64,000 bases of DNA from Paraspadella gotoi (lineage: Eukaryota; Animalia; Chaetognatha): assembly GCA_051294375.1 (NCBI GenBank), contig CM119267.1, positions 13,814,832 to 13,878,831 on the forward strand. The letters run 5' to 3'. Under the pieces are notes generated by a model. The model saw nothing but the letters and a program-made list of their open reading frames with translations. It was not told the DNA's origin and did no database searches. Position 1 is the first letter of the stretch. Each line of letters opens with the position of its first letter. Below, one piece after another: positions 11,465-22,628 of the stretch. The position numbers and the translations under genes were made by a program.

Positions 11465-11859
11465 AAAAGAGAGAGAGAGAAAAAAAAGAGAAACTGGACA
11501 GCCGCTGCAAAGCTGAACTAGTCTATATATATAAAAATTGTTTTGTAAATAAAACGTAAATATATGAGTGTAGGAATTGAAATATAACAATTTAAAAGAC
11601 CTCAATGATGAGTAGCCTTATCTAAATTTTCAGCTTCTTATGGTTATACACTTGAGCTATTTTCAATGTTAAAACAGCGTGCCGATGACGATGATAACAA
11701 CGACTACGGTCAAAAGAAGCAGAAACGAATTAACATCTCGCCCAAGTCGGGCATTCGCCCGTCTGGCGAGATAAAAAAAAATAAGCGCCAAGCTTTCGAG
11801 CCGTACAATTTAATCAAGAAACCGTAGTAGAGAGGACGTATTATTTAAAAAAAAATCAC

Positions 11860-12566
11860 CTGCATAGGCACGGCTTGGTGAGTTCCTGAGCATTTGTGCA
11901 ATACGTTATACACCGCGGGTCGCATTTTTTCGGATCGATCATGCAGAAACAAGCGTGGCGTCGGATCTTCCCGCGGTGATTGCGGTAAACGGCGCTCACG
12001 TTCTGATAGAGGTGGTCGGTGGGCGACAGCCGGTCCAACGGCGGCGGGCGGCGGGTGAGCGGCGGCGCCCAAGTCTGGGCGTATGTCGTGGGTTCGGAAT
12101 AGCCAAACGGCGTAGCCGTTCGGTTAATGGATAGGCCACCACCGGCGTCCCCGCTCGAAAAGGTCCCTAATGAGGCGAATGGCTGGGCCTGGTGATACTG
12201 ATATGCGTGCGAGTTTGACTTGAGCCGAGTTATCGGGACGCAGCTGTTTGTGTTCCAGTAGTTGTCGCAACTCATCCACGGCAACGGGTCCTGGACCGAA
12301 GCGAATACGTAGAGCAACGAATAGGCCAAGATGACGTTCTGGTAAAGGGCCAAGATTATGCAGAGACCGCACATGGCGTTGGCGATGCCGCTGGCGATCG
12401 GTATGCAGTTCCAAATGTCATTGGGCCCGTAGCCGGAGTACTGCCCGATCATCAGTTCCAGGTAATAGATGGGCAGGCCCACCAGGAGAGTCATGGCGAG
12501 GAACGGGATGAGGAAGACCACGCCGCCGTGAGTGTACATCAAGTAGGGGAATTTCCAGATGTTCGT
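11860..12566 (-). CDS. SLC6/NSS-family transporter, coding exon 2 (TM1b-TM3 and most of an enlarged EL2)
   Basis: Acceptor ttttactAG at 12568-12567. Reads TNIWKFPYLMYTHGGVVFLIPF...GLPIYYLELMIGQY...PLPWMSCDNYWNTNSC, all SLC6 signature motifs. Phase-2 donor GTGATT at 11859. Confidence 0.92.
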
Positions 12567-13322
12567 CTAGTAAAAATAATGAATATGATTAATTTAACCC
12601 AAAAAAAATTCATTTAAGACAATGAAAAATGGCGTAACGTTACTGTTCCGTGCATAAAAAAAATCACTGTTCAATATTATTATATTTCTTTTTATTTTTC
12701 GAAACGTTATAGTTTCATATGTTGATATACAAAATATCAATGCAAAATCTTTTTTTGTTTTTTATATATGACTGAATATAGGGTGAAAGATGATAAAATT
12801 TATTTAAAAAGTTACTTATTCATATTTATTCATGGAATTGTAATAGAAAAAAATTTTAAAAATTAATAGTACCAATAGTTGTCTCAAATACCAAATGTCT
12901 CAAATAGATGGAAAAAACCTCATGTAAAAATTCTATCGGGGCTTACCAATGGCATCCTCCACGCCGATTGTTCTCAAATAATTTTTTTTATTTAATACAT
13001 TTGAAAGGGAAAAAAAGAAAATTCGGAATGCAGGTTGCAGAAAGGATACAGATAATCTGGACATACTGACATGAAAATCATGACCTTTTATATCTTGTGA
13101 ATTGGGGGCTGTAAGGAAACATAAAAAATTCGATCATTAAGTCAGTCAATGAACCCTTTCCAATGGGCTATTACGATAAATATTTTTTCTTAATAAAAAT
13201 GGATGATAAATAATAGAATTAAATTCCTTGCTATATTTAAAAGAAAATTATCAATACAATTTAATATAATGTCTTGCTTTGTCAAATATGTTGCCAGCGA
13301 TGTAATTTTTTAAAACTTTATT

Positions 13323-13820
13323 ATGATAAATAAACAGTGTGTCAAGCTTTTTGTTTGCAGTTAAAGATAATGAAAAATAACGATTTTTTTACAGACAAGA
13401 AGGTAGACGTCCAGACTGTTTATATCAAGCTGAAAACATTTTTGTATTTATCATTTTTCATATTTAAAAAGACATTTTATCAAGCTACAACATAAATTTT
13501 TGCTTGTTTTTTACTTTAACTGAAAAATATAAGCAATTGTATGGAATAAAGAAAATTTAATAGTAATCAAAATGTAATTCATTCTTTCCTTTTTCAAATT
13601 ACAAAAGAAAAAGAAAAAAATTCAAATGCATTGAAATTTTTAAAGTAAAAAACTGTTATACTTTTAACTCTGATTTAAACAGAAGCTGTGTAAAGATTTA
13701 TGGATTTAATTTAATAAAACTTTTTTATAAAGGTGTCCCATGATTAGGGCTTTAATTTGATACCACCCCCATCTTGCTACCTCTTTTCTTTCAAAAGTTA
13801 TTTTAAAAAATAATTTTTTT
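13323..13820 (+). mobile_element. Second copy of the ~500-bp AT-rich dispersed repeat (SLC6 intron 1)
   Basis: Colinear similarity with 10810-11300, with many substitutions, consistent with an old copy. Confidence 0.7.
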
Positions 13821-14804
13821 TAAACTACGCAGTACAAATCTTTGTTAAAAATTTTTTTTGGCAAAGCGGTAAGTGGTAAGTGGTACAATACTTAAATTTC
13901 AAAATAAAATTTGAAAAAAATTTTTTCATCCTTTAGAAACATATCACTTTCAGATGTACCCATCGTATAATTATTATATATTATTTATGTCCCCAAAAAA
14001 GCTTAATTAGAAAAGTTGAAATTTTTTCAAATTGTTGAAAAAAAAGTTCGTCCGACCTATGCTCATTGAGAATAATGGTTTTGTATAGAAAATCAAAATA
14101 TCAAAAAAAAAAAATCAGCCTCTAGAAAAATTGAAAGGCTAGAGGCTAATTTTTTTAGAATTGCAAAATGTTTTTCCTAACTTGAAATCCAATATTCTCA
14201 AGTTTCAAAATATTTTTTTTCAAAATCATTCAATCAATTTTTTTTATTAATTTAAAATGTTTTTATGATGTTGTTTTTATTTGAAAGAATTGAAAAAAAG
14301 TGAAAAATATAGTAATTATATAAGGTTTTTGAATATACCACTAAAATATTAGATATTTAGACACAAGCGGAGTAAGCAGAGAAAACTTCCTATTCATAAA
14401 AAAAAAATAAAATGAATTTGTCATAGTTATTTAGATTAATTGACTAATTACAAGCTAATGATTTATATAAATTGAGTAAATGATGGGTAAAAAATATTCA
14501 TCTTGGTTTCGGTTAACTATTAAGTTATCGTTAAAGTTTTGTCTTAATAATATTAATATTCTTTTTCCATTTATAAAAGCAATGGTCTAAAATTTTGTAA
14601 GCATTTCGAGCTATATTGCTTCATCTAGTTAGCTTTTTTGTTGATGGTCAAGGGTTATGGACAGACACAGTAATGTCGAATAGTGTATATCGCACATATT
14701 ACCAAAAGTAAAAATCAATTAATTTGGCTCAGAAACAATTTTAAAGGGACAAAATCAGCACGAGACCGTTTCGCCACGTTATTTTTCATTGTGTTTCTGC
14801 CTAC

Positions 14805-14903
14805 CGTATTAGCAGTGAATCCAATGATGCAAAGTAGAGATTGCCATCGAGTTTTGAACCGATCTTTGATCTTTGCCGCCTCGGGGTCCGCAGCTTTAGG
14901 CAT
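14805..14903 (-). CDS. SLC6/NSS-family transporter, coding exon 1 (MPKAADPEAAKIKDRFKTRWQSLLCIIGFTANT; N-terminus and TM1a)
   Basis: The ATG at 14903 lies in a CAAC-ATG context and is the first ATG after an in-frame TAA. KDRF...SLLCIIGF aligns with the SLC6 RxxW...FLLSxIGF motif. A phase-0 donor GTAGGC at 14804 joins in frame to exon 2. Confidence 0.8.
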
Positions 14904-14949
14904 GTTGACGTCCGAAGGCGCAAGACGCAGCGCGAGCCTGTAGCCCCAT
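14896..14949 (-). promoter_or_regulatory. Out-of-frame upstream ORF (MGLQARAASCAFGRQHA*) overlapping the SLC6 start codon
   Basis: ATG at 14949 and TAA at 14898-14896, spanning the main ATG at 14903. Confidence 0.4.
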
Positions 14950-17250
14950 TACAGTGCCTGCGCCTCTTCTCGCTTTTGGGGTTCTCTCTCACTCTCTCTC
15001 GCAGTTTTTTTATATATTTTTTTAAGCACTCCCTCTCTCTCGCTCGTCAAAAGGGGTGGGGGTTTTCCGTTCGCCCAACAGCACCTCTCCTCGTAACGCC
15101 AATCCTTTTTCTTAGATTTTTACATGATGGACGTGGCGTGAGCAGGCTTTAGGTTGAAATCGCCTGAAACGAGAGGAGAGAGAGAGTGACGCGTCTTTCT
15201 TTTGAGTTCGAGGGAATAGAGAAGAGCGAGAGAGAATAAAAAGGGAAGGACGTGTTTTGTAGTTTTCAATGTGCGGTAGAGTTGCGGATGACAAAAAGAT
15301 CTTCGGAGGGAGGAGGGGAGAGAGAGAGAGAGAGAGATAGGTTGTGGTTAGTATTGAAAATGAAAGAGAGATTTTTTTTCTGATCCGATAGAACAAAGTC
15401 TAACTTTATTCTCGACGGCACGCGCGACTCTAATCAGCACCGAAAATCCTTCGACCAGTCATTTACTTAATTGCATCGTGAAACCCAGAGAAAAAGCCGG
15501 CACCGGGGGCGAAGGCTGCGGGAGGCGTAGGGTCGACTCGCGGCGTCCGACGCCGCCCCGCCGCCAGTGGGGGGGAAAGGATTCGATGAACGCGCTCGCC
15601 ACGCGCCCTCTCGCGTTAGCCGGTCGACGAGGCGATTTTTTCTTTTCGTTTTTTTTCTCTCCCTCGTTTCTATGTTTTTATGTTATTTTTTCCTTCTGTC
15701 ATGTGTGTTTTTTTTTTGTTTTTTTTTGTCTTTCGCCCTTTTTTTTTCTTTATCGCGCGTCGACGACGAAGAGAGGGGTGAGAAAGGGGGAGAGGGGGTC
15801 GCTGAAGGAGCGAAAGAGCGTCGTCGTCGGTCACGATCGATTTTATCCTTCCAACGTGCGGAGTCGTTATTCCTTTTTATTCATTTCATTTTTCTTTTTT
15901 TTTTTTGTTTCTTTATATTTTTACTTGTTTTTTTTTTTTTTAACGGAAGGCAAACCGAAGAGAAAAAAAATAGAGCACTCGAGGTTACGTCCGTTTTTGG
16001 CACGAAAATGCGTTTTCTCAAATTATTATTCTTTTTATTATTGTTATTGTTGTTTTTGTTAATGTTATTATTATTATTATTATTATTTTTAATTTTGTGC
16101 TTTTTGTTGCTTTATGTTGGCTGAACCGATTCTTTACGTATTTGTTTATTTCACTTCGTTTGTCGCTTAGTTATTATTATTACTATTATATCCAGGAGCC
16201 TCTTTTAACGTTGGAACGGATTCCGAATTGGGCGCGATCTTGGACAAGGGCAGGTCTGAAAGAGGCACTGTGAAGGGCGGGAGGTTGGAGGCGCTGTGAT
16301 GGGGATTAATCCAAAGAGGCGGAGGATGTCTGGAAAGGGGCTAACTGCAAAAAAAGGTGTGGGGAGAGAAAAAGGAATTATAAGGTCATTATAATTAAAT
16401 TAGTCGATTTCGGCATCAACTTTGTCAATGTATCGAAGAACCCTTCGATCCTCTCTCACCATTCGCCGCCTTTTAAGATTCCTCGGCGTTCGCCGATCGC
16501 CGAACGACTTCCCCGGCGCTTCCCCGGCGTCGTCGTCTTTCCAGTCGAACGGGCGTGGTCGAAACGACGCCGCTGTCGCCGGGGGAGGCGGTCGTCATCG
16601 CCGCGTGGGGAGGCACGAGGTTAGCGCCGAAGGAGAAAATGGGGCGGGGAGGAAGGAGCCTTGAGAGTGGGCGAGGGAAGGGCGTCTTCGTCGTCGTAGT
16701 CGGAATTCACTCGCGTCCTTCATTACTCGTCATTTTCATCCTGAAGAATCGGGAGACACGGTGAGAAGGAGAGTCTACAGAAAAAGTATACATGTGGATA
16801 AGGCGCTAAGTGGGCTGAAGAATACTATGCGTAACTTTTATGCCTCAGCAGCCATTGAACGGGTCCTGTACTTGGAACCAGGCTTGAGGGTTTTCCGCAC
16901 CCCCAAGGCGGCTTACGTTTCCCGCAGGGTAGGTTCCGGGTTGGGATTATAGTCGGTACCTAGTGGTCATGAGCTGATGGCTTTACTCAATGAGGCACAG
17001 GGTCACAACTGAAAGTGTCATGCTTATAGGCGGGGTGAACTTAGACAATTCCCGACTACATACATTATGACCTTTATGTTCTGAAGTAAATCTGTCGATT
17101 GCGATTCTTTGTCGTCACTGGAAACCTGAGGCTCGAGGAAAAATTGGTGGCAAGAATCGTCAGCAAACTGTCTTTATCTCTTTCACAATTCTGAGGATAA
17201 TCAACGATCAAATACTAAACTCTCTGTCTCTATAAATCTGTATAATATAT

Positions 17251-17366
<116 letters not shown>

Positions 17367-18886
17367 CTACCCTCAATTATCGATCTCACACGTTTCTTCA
17401 AAGTATTTCCTCCAAAGGCTATGACTTTTGAAAAATTCACAGTTTCCGCAATCCGCATTTTCTTTCCATCCAAAAAGTTCGAGAGAAAAATGAACAATTT
17501 TTTTCTGCAAATCCTTTTTCTGCGCCTCAGTCGACGTGACTCGAATTTTTAATAGGCTGCGTGACGCTAGTTCTTACGTCCTTGCATACGTGCGCGCGAC
17601 CTTGCGTAAGCGCGACCTTGTGGGCTAAGGGACGTGGAGGACGGCGTCGGAAGCGAAGACCACGCGAGAGACGACGGTAACGCCTCGCTGCCCTAACTCT
17701 CTGTCTCTCTCTCTCTCTTACAGCGAACCCAAGGACGCGCGTGAAACAATTAAGAAAAAAATAGGGAAGAGACGAGAAGACTTCTTTCCTTGTTCCTTAA
17801 CTTCATATTTACTTTTACTATTTTCATTTTCTGCTTGCAGTGTGATATTTAATCAGACGCCTATTCTTTTTTTTCTGCTTTTCTCTTGTTCATTGTTTTT
17901 TTTTATAGTAAACATTACAAATTTTCAGATAACCACATTTAATGAAAAATATCGTCAAAACGAAAGAGAAATTAATTAATTAATAATCTCACCTATCCAT
18001 CTTTATTTCCCGTTAAACTTTTCTTTTTCCTCATTGCCACATTACCCAGTTTATCTTCCTACCCAATGTACCCATGTCTATCCACTCCTCCCTTTACCTT
18101 TCCTTAAAAAACCTCCCTTCTCATCTTTTTTCCCTTGACGATCGTTTTGTTCTGCAGGAAAAGCGTTTCTTTCATCCCCTTAACGCTACCGGTTTTCACC
18201 GCGCGGCGGCAGGGCGATCGGCGGACGGTCGGCCCGCGGTCGTCGAGCCATCGAAACGCGCGCGTCGAGTCGTTTCCGTTTTCACTTTTTAGAGTCAGTG
18301 CGCGCTCTCGCACCGCGTCCGCGCTACCGGCCAATTACCCTCCGGCGGGGCGCGGCTTCGTGGTCGAAGCCGAAATGCACTGTGTGCCTCGTTCCTCGTC
18401 GCGTTGCGTAAATACAAGGAGCCTTTGTATTTTGTTCATTGTGCAATAAAAACGGTGGAGGATGTGGGGGGGGGGGTGGGAGGGCAAAAACGCGGACGAA
18501 GCCGCAGATTGACTTTTTATTGATTTTTAATACTTTTTTTAATTGAATCGTACTATTTTGAACATTCCGGTATTTTTCAATGAGGCGGAAAGACTGTGAT
18601 TTCTGTTTAGTGTTTGAGACGAGAGTTGTTTTTGTGTTGGGTTTTCGTTTCGTTCCCGTCTCATATTCCCTCCTAAAGACATTAAAAAACAGTCGTTAAA
18701 CCTTGGCAACTTCCTTCTTTGCGAACATAAATCAGCGTTGAGGGCCTTTATCCGCTTCCGTCCGTCGGCAGACCTTTCTCGAAAAAAAGCCTCTTTTTGC
18801 AACAACCCAAAAGACGGATTTCTCCAGGTTGTAGATTCGACCTCCGTCCCTCATTTGAATTTTATGAAACTTCTCTCTCATCTCTC

Positions 18887-18975
<89 letters not shown>

Positions 18976-19719
18976 AAAAGTTAAAACATATCTCAGTACT
19001 CAGGTTAAACCACTAGTTACTCTCCTATATTTTGGAGTTCTAAGAAAATTTTGATTTGAACGTAATCGTATAAAATGCGATTTTTTTCAACCTCTTTTTA
19101 ACTCAGTTACGTCACTTTTCATAAGGTAGGTTCTTTTTAATCTCATTCCGTCCATCTGGCCAAGTCATAATCAACGGGCGCATTTTTAGTAGAGGATATC
19201 TATTTCGAAAACTTATTTGATTTTTTAAAAATTATATTGTTTCAGAATCTACCCCGTATCCGTTCGCGTTGTGACTACAAATAAATGCGTACCATTTTTC
19301 ATTGGATAAATATTTTTTTAAATTTTCTTTCCTCATTGTATAGCAAGTACTGGACGTTTTATTATATTTTAATTTCATAAAATTCATTTGATGTTTACTT
19401 ATATAAAACAACCTTTCTTTAATAGTCATCCATTTCATCTTCATTAAAAAACTGAATCTTTTTTTAATAATTATTATAAATTGATTACTCATTAATTTCT
19501 AAAATTATTAAAATTATTTATACTATTTAAATTAAAGAATTATCTGGGAATCCTTAAGATATAAATAATTATTCAAGAGAGTTAAGAACATGCCTCAGGA
19601 GTCAGGACAGCAATTTTTTTTAATTGACAACTTATATATAATGAATACTTAAGATTTACAATTAAAAAAATAAGTAAAAAATCATTACTCAGAAAATTAC
19701 TCAACATTACAATAGTTCA

Positions 19720-21012
19720 GATGCGCCACGTCAATGGCGCCGAGAGATTTTTCGACGCCGTTCACAACTTGTCTCATCCGGGAATCAAGACGTCGAAGTC
19801 GCTTATCTCTAAAAGATTTCGTCTGGCCCGGCGTCACGAGGACTTCGCCGCTTGGGCGCGGGCCTGCGCTCAAATGTCAAAGGTCGAGGGTCCGCGTCCA
19901 TGCCTCGGCGCCGCTGGAGAGTTTCGCCCCGCCTTCAGAAGATTTCCAACACGTTCATGTGGATCTAGTGGGACGCTGCCTGTCTCTCGCGGGGCCACAT
20001 ATCTCCTTACCGTGGTGGACCGGTTCTTCCGGTGACCAGAGGCGCCGACGGTGGTTCAAGCTTTCTCCATCGGATGGGTCGCGCGTTTTGGCGTTCCCCT
20101 CCACATAACGTCGGATCGCGGCGCTCAGTTTGTTTCCGAGCTATGGCGCCAACTGGCGGCGTCTCTGGGCGCCAACTTACACCATACGACGTCGTATTCA
20201 TCCTCAAGCAAACGGAATGGTGGAGATGTTCCACAGGGACCTCAAAGCGTCGCTTCGCGCCAAATTATCCGGCGCGGATTGGGTCGACAAGCTCCCTTGG
20301 GTCCTCCTGGGCCTCCGATCATCGCCCAAGGCCGACCTCAGGCTTCATCGGCAGGGTTGGTCTTCGGAGAAGATCTTGGCGCTCCCGGCCGAATTCGTCC
20401 CGGACGGCGCGCTGCCGCCCGATCCGGACGCGCTGCTGCGGACCCTGCGGCGCCGAGGTGGACGCCTTTCGACCAGTCGACGGGAACACGTCACGGAGAT
20501 CCCCCCAGAAGCTTCCAGACGGCCTTCAAAACTGCCATTTTGCTCTGGTGCGCCGCGACGCCCATCGCGGCCCTCTTGCCCAGTCTATGACGGCCCATAC
20601 GAAATCGTCTCTCGTGGCGCCAAGTTTTTCCGCCTCGACTTTGCCGGCCGCCTCGACGATGTCTCGGTCGACCGCCTCAAACTTTCGTCGATGACGCGGA
20701 CGGCGCTCCGACCGTCCCGATGTGGCTGATGATGAAGCCACTCAACCCACGTTGACGAGGATGCCACACAACCCGCCGTCGCAGATCCCGAGGCCCAACG
20801 TCTTCAACAAGCGCGAGGCCGACAAGGTTTCGTCGTCCACCTTTGCGCTATTCGAATCAAGCCTCCATTCTCTTATCGAGACGTCGTCTTGGGGGGGGCA
20901 GCTGAAGACGCTGTCGGATCCAACGACACGGAGAAAAGATTTCGCCTCAACGCTCATTGGCGGATCAAGCGAAAACTAACGAATCAGAAATCGACAAGAA
21001 ATAGCACAGACT
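19720..21012 (+). mobile_element. Ty3/Gypsy LTR-retrotransposon 3' fragment: frameshifted integrase (HHCC, DDE core, GPY/F domain), polypurine tract and partial 3' LTR
   Basis: The frames together give HNLSHPGIKTS...WARAC..C, FQHVHVDLVG, YLLTVVDRF, WVARFGVPLHITSDRGAQFVSELW, TTSYHPQANGMVE, WVDKLPWVLLGLRS and YDGPYEIV...VSVDRLK. A G-run PPT at 20891-20898 is followed by TGAAGACG... Confidence 0.92.
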
Positions 21013-21639
21013 AAAAAGAGTTACATTTATGACAATTGAAAACGTTTTTGATAATTACTTGTAAAATACTTAATGTACAATTACGATCATTGTATTATTA
21101 GAATCTACAAAATTGTACCTTTAATTCGATATGTATTTTTTACAATGTTGATATTTGGTTCTGATAATACATCAGAGGTAAATAAAAATGATAACTTTTG
21201 CTTCTAAGAAAGGTTACCCGTAGCCATAATTATTTTATTGATATTTTACAATATAAAAAAATATTCTGGAGCATCTACAGCATTAATTATATTTTTAATT
21301 GTCGCTTTTTTTGACATATGAATTAAGATTCATCCCTGAATCTATCCTAATGGAGATAATGAGACTGAGAAAAGGCAGGGATTTTTATAGTAACGGTTTA
21401 ACTAAAAAAATAATAAAAAAGAACTGGAAATTAGTTTTAAATTAAAAATGTAGATATGTGGACAACTCTTTTTCTTTTCCATGGAACTCTTGTATTTTTT
21501 GTCGTTTCATAAATGAAACACAGCTCTTATGAATCACAAAAGGCCAAAGTTTCTCGATATATAAATTTTATTTTCTATTCTAATATTAAAATGCCGAAAA
21601 ATAGCTGGAAAGTAACCGCGACAATTTTTTTCCATCATG

Positions 21640-21790
21640 GTAGGTTAGAAGTGAGGGTTAAGGATTAGGATAAGGACTAGGGTTATGGACTTAGGTTAGT
21701 GATTTAGGTTGGTGATTAGGGTTTAGAGTTCAGGTTTTCGAGTTAAAGATTAGGGTTAAGTGCTAAGGTTAATGATGAAGGTTATGAAGT
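21640..21790 (+). repeat. Degenerate TTAGG(G)-like tract
   Basis: taggttagaagtgagggttaaggattaggataaggactagggttatggacttaggttagtgatttaggtt... Confidence 0.65.
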
Positions 21791-22560
21791 TGATTATGCG
21801 TTTAGTATTGAGGAACTGAAATAGGGCGCTTTTAGGAAACAGAGCCCAAAAACTACCTAGCGACACATCACATCCAACTGAAAACATACGTGTCCCTCCC
21901 CCTCCAAAAAAAATCTCAGAGACAGTTCGCCATTCCCTGCGACTGAACCGTAATCTCTCTCTCTTTTTTTAGTCAAGAAGCGATCATCATCGTCGTCGTC
22001 GTCGTCGTCGTTGTCCAATCAACCCGTTCGTACCTTTCGGCGAACAGGTTTTTCTCATTTTTCTTCCTCTCTTTCCTCTTCGTTGCAGAATCGAGATTCG
22101 AAAGAGAAAAATCCCAAATCGAAATCTCGGAATCGAAATGCCGCCCAGAGGAGAGATTCCGCGCGTCTTCTTCGTCGCTTCTCGACCGAAAGAGAGGACA
22201 TCAGGGATTTCTAGTTCTTTTTCTGAGAGGACGAGGGGGGCAGCGAGAGAGGGAGATTCATAGATGGGAAGAGAGACGGGATGAGGAAGCGGAAAGATAG
22301 AGAAAGACGGTAATTAAAAAACGTAATATATACTAGGTGTCGTGTAAACAATTAGAAATTCATCATTGATCACGTAGTCAAAGTGTATATTTTACATGTC
22401 AACGAAGATTAAAAATGTTCACTTGGTCGTAAATAAAAAATCAAAAAAAAAAAAAAAATTCAAAAACCCGAGAAAGAGAAAGAGTTCAGCAGAAGCGAAA
22501 AAAAAAAGAAAAAAGTTGAAAAAAGCGAAATGTGCAAAAAAGGAAACAGCGGGGAAAGGC

Positions 22561-22628
<68 letters not shown>

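Noticed and set aside
5702-14903. Assigning a specific gene symbol (GAT, GlyT, DAT, NAT, bedraggled, etc.)
   Set aside because: The diagnostic residues do not fit any one subfamily I can recognise. A phylogeny is required.
15478-16124. Hydrophobic Phe-rich ORFs resembling membrane proteins
   Set aside because: They derive from poly-T and (TTA)n tracts. The same applies to the ERERER, SLSLSL and FFLS ORFs throughout the window.
20726-20745. CTGATGATGAAGCC as a hammerhead core
   Set aside because: It lies within the Gypsy coding tail and has no downstream stem plus GAAA.
21640-21790. True telomere or chromosome fusion site
   Set aside because: The tract is short, highly degenerate and has no head-to-head arrays.
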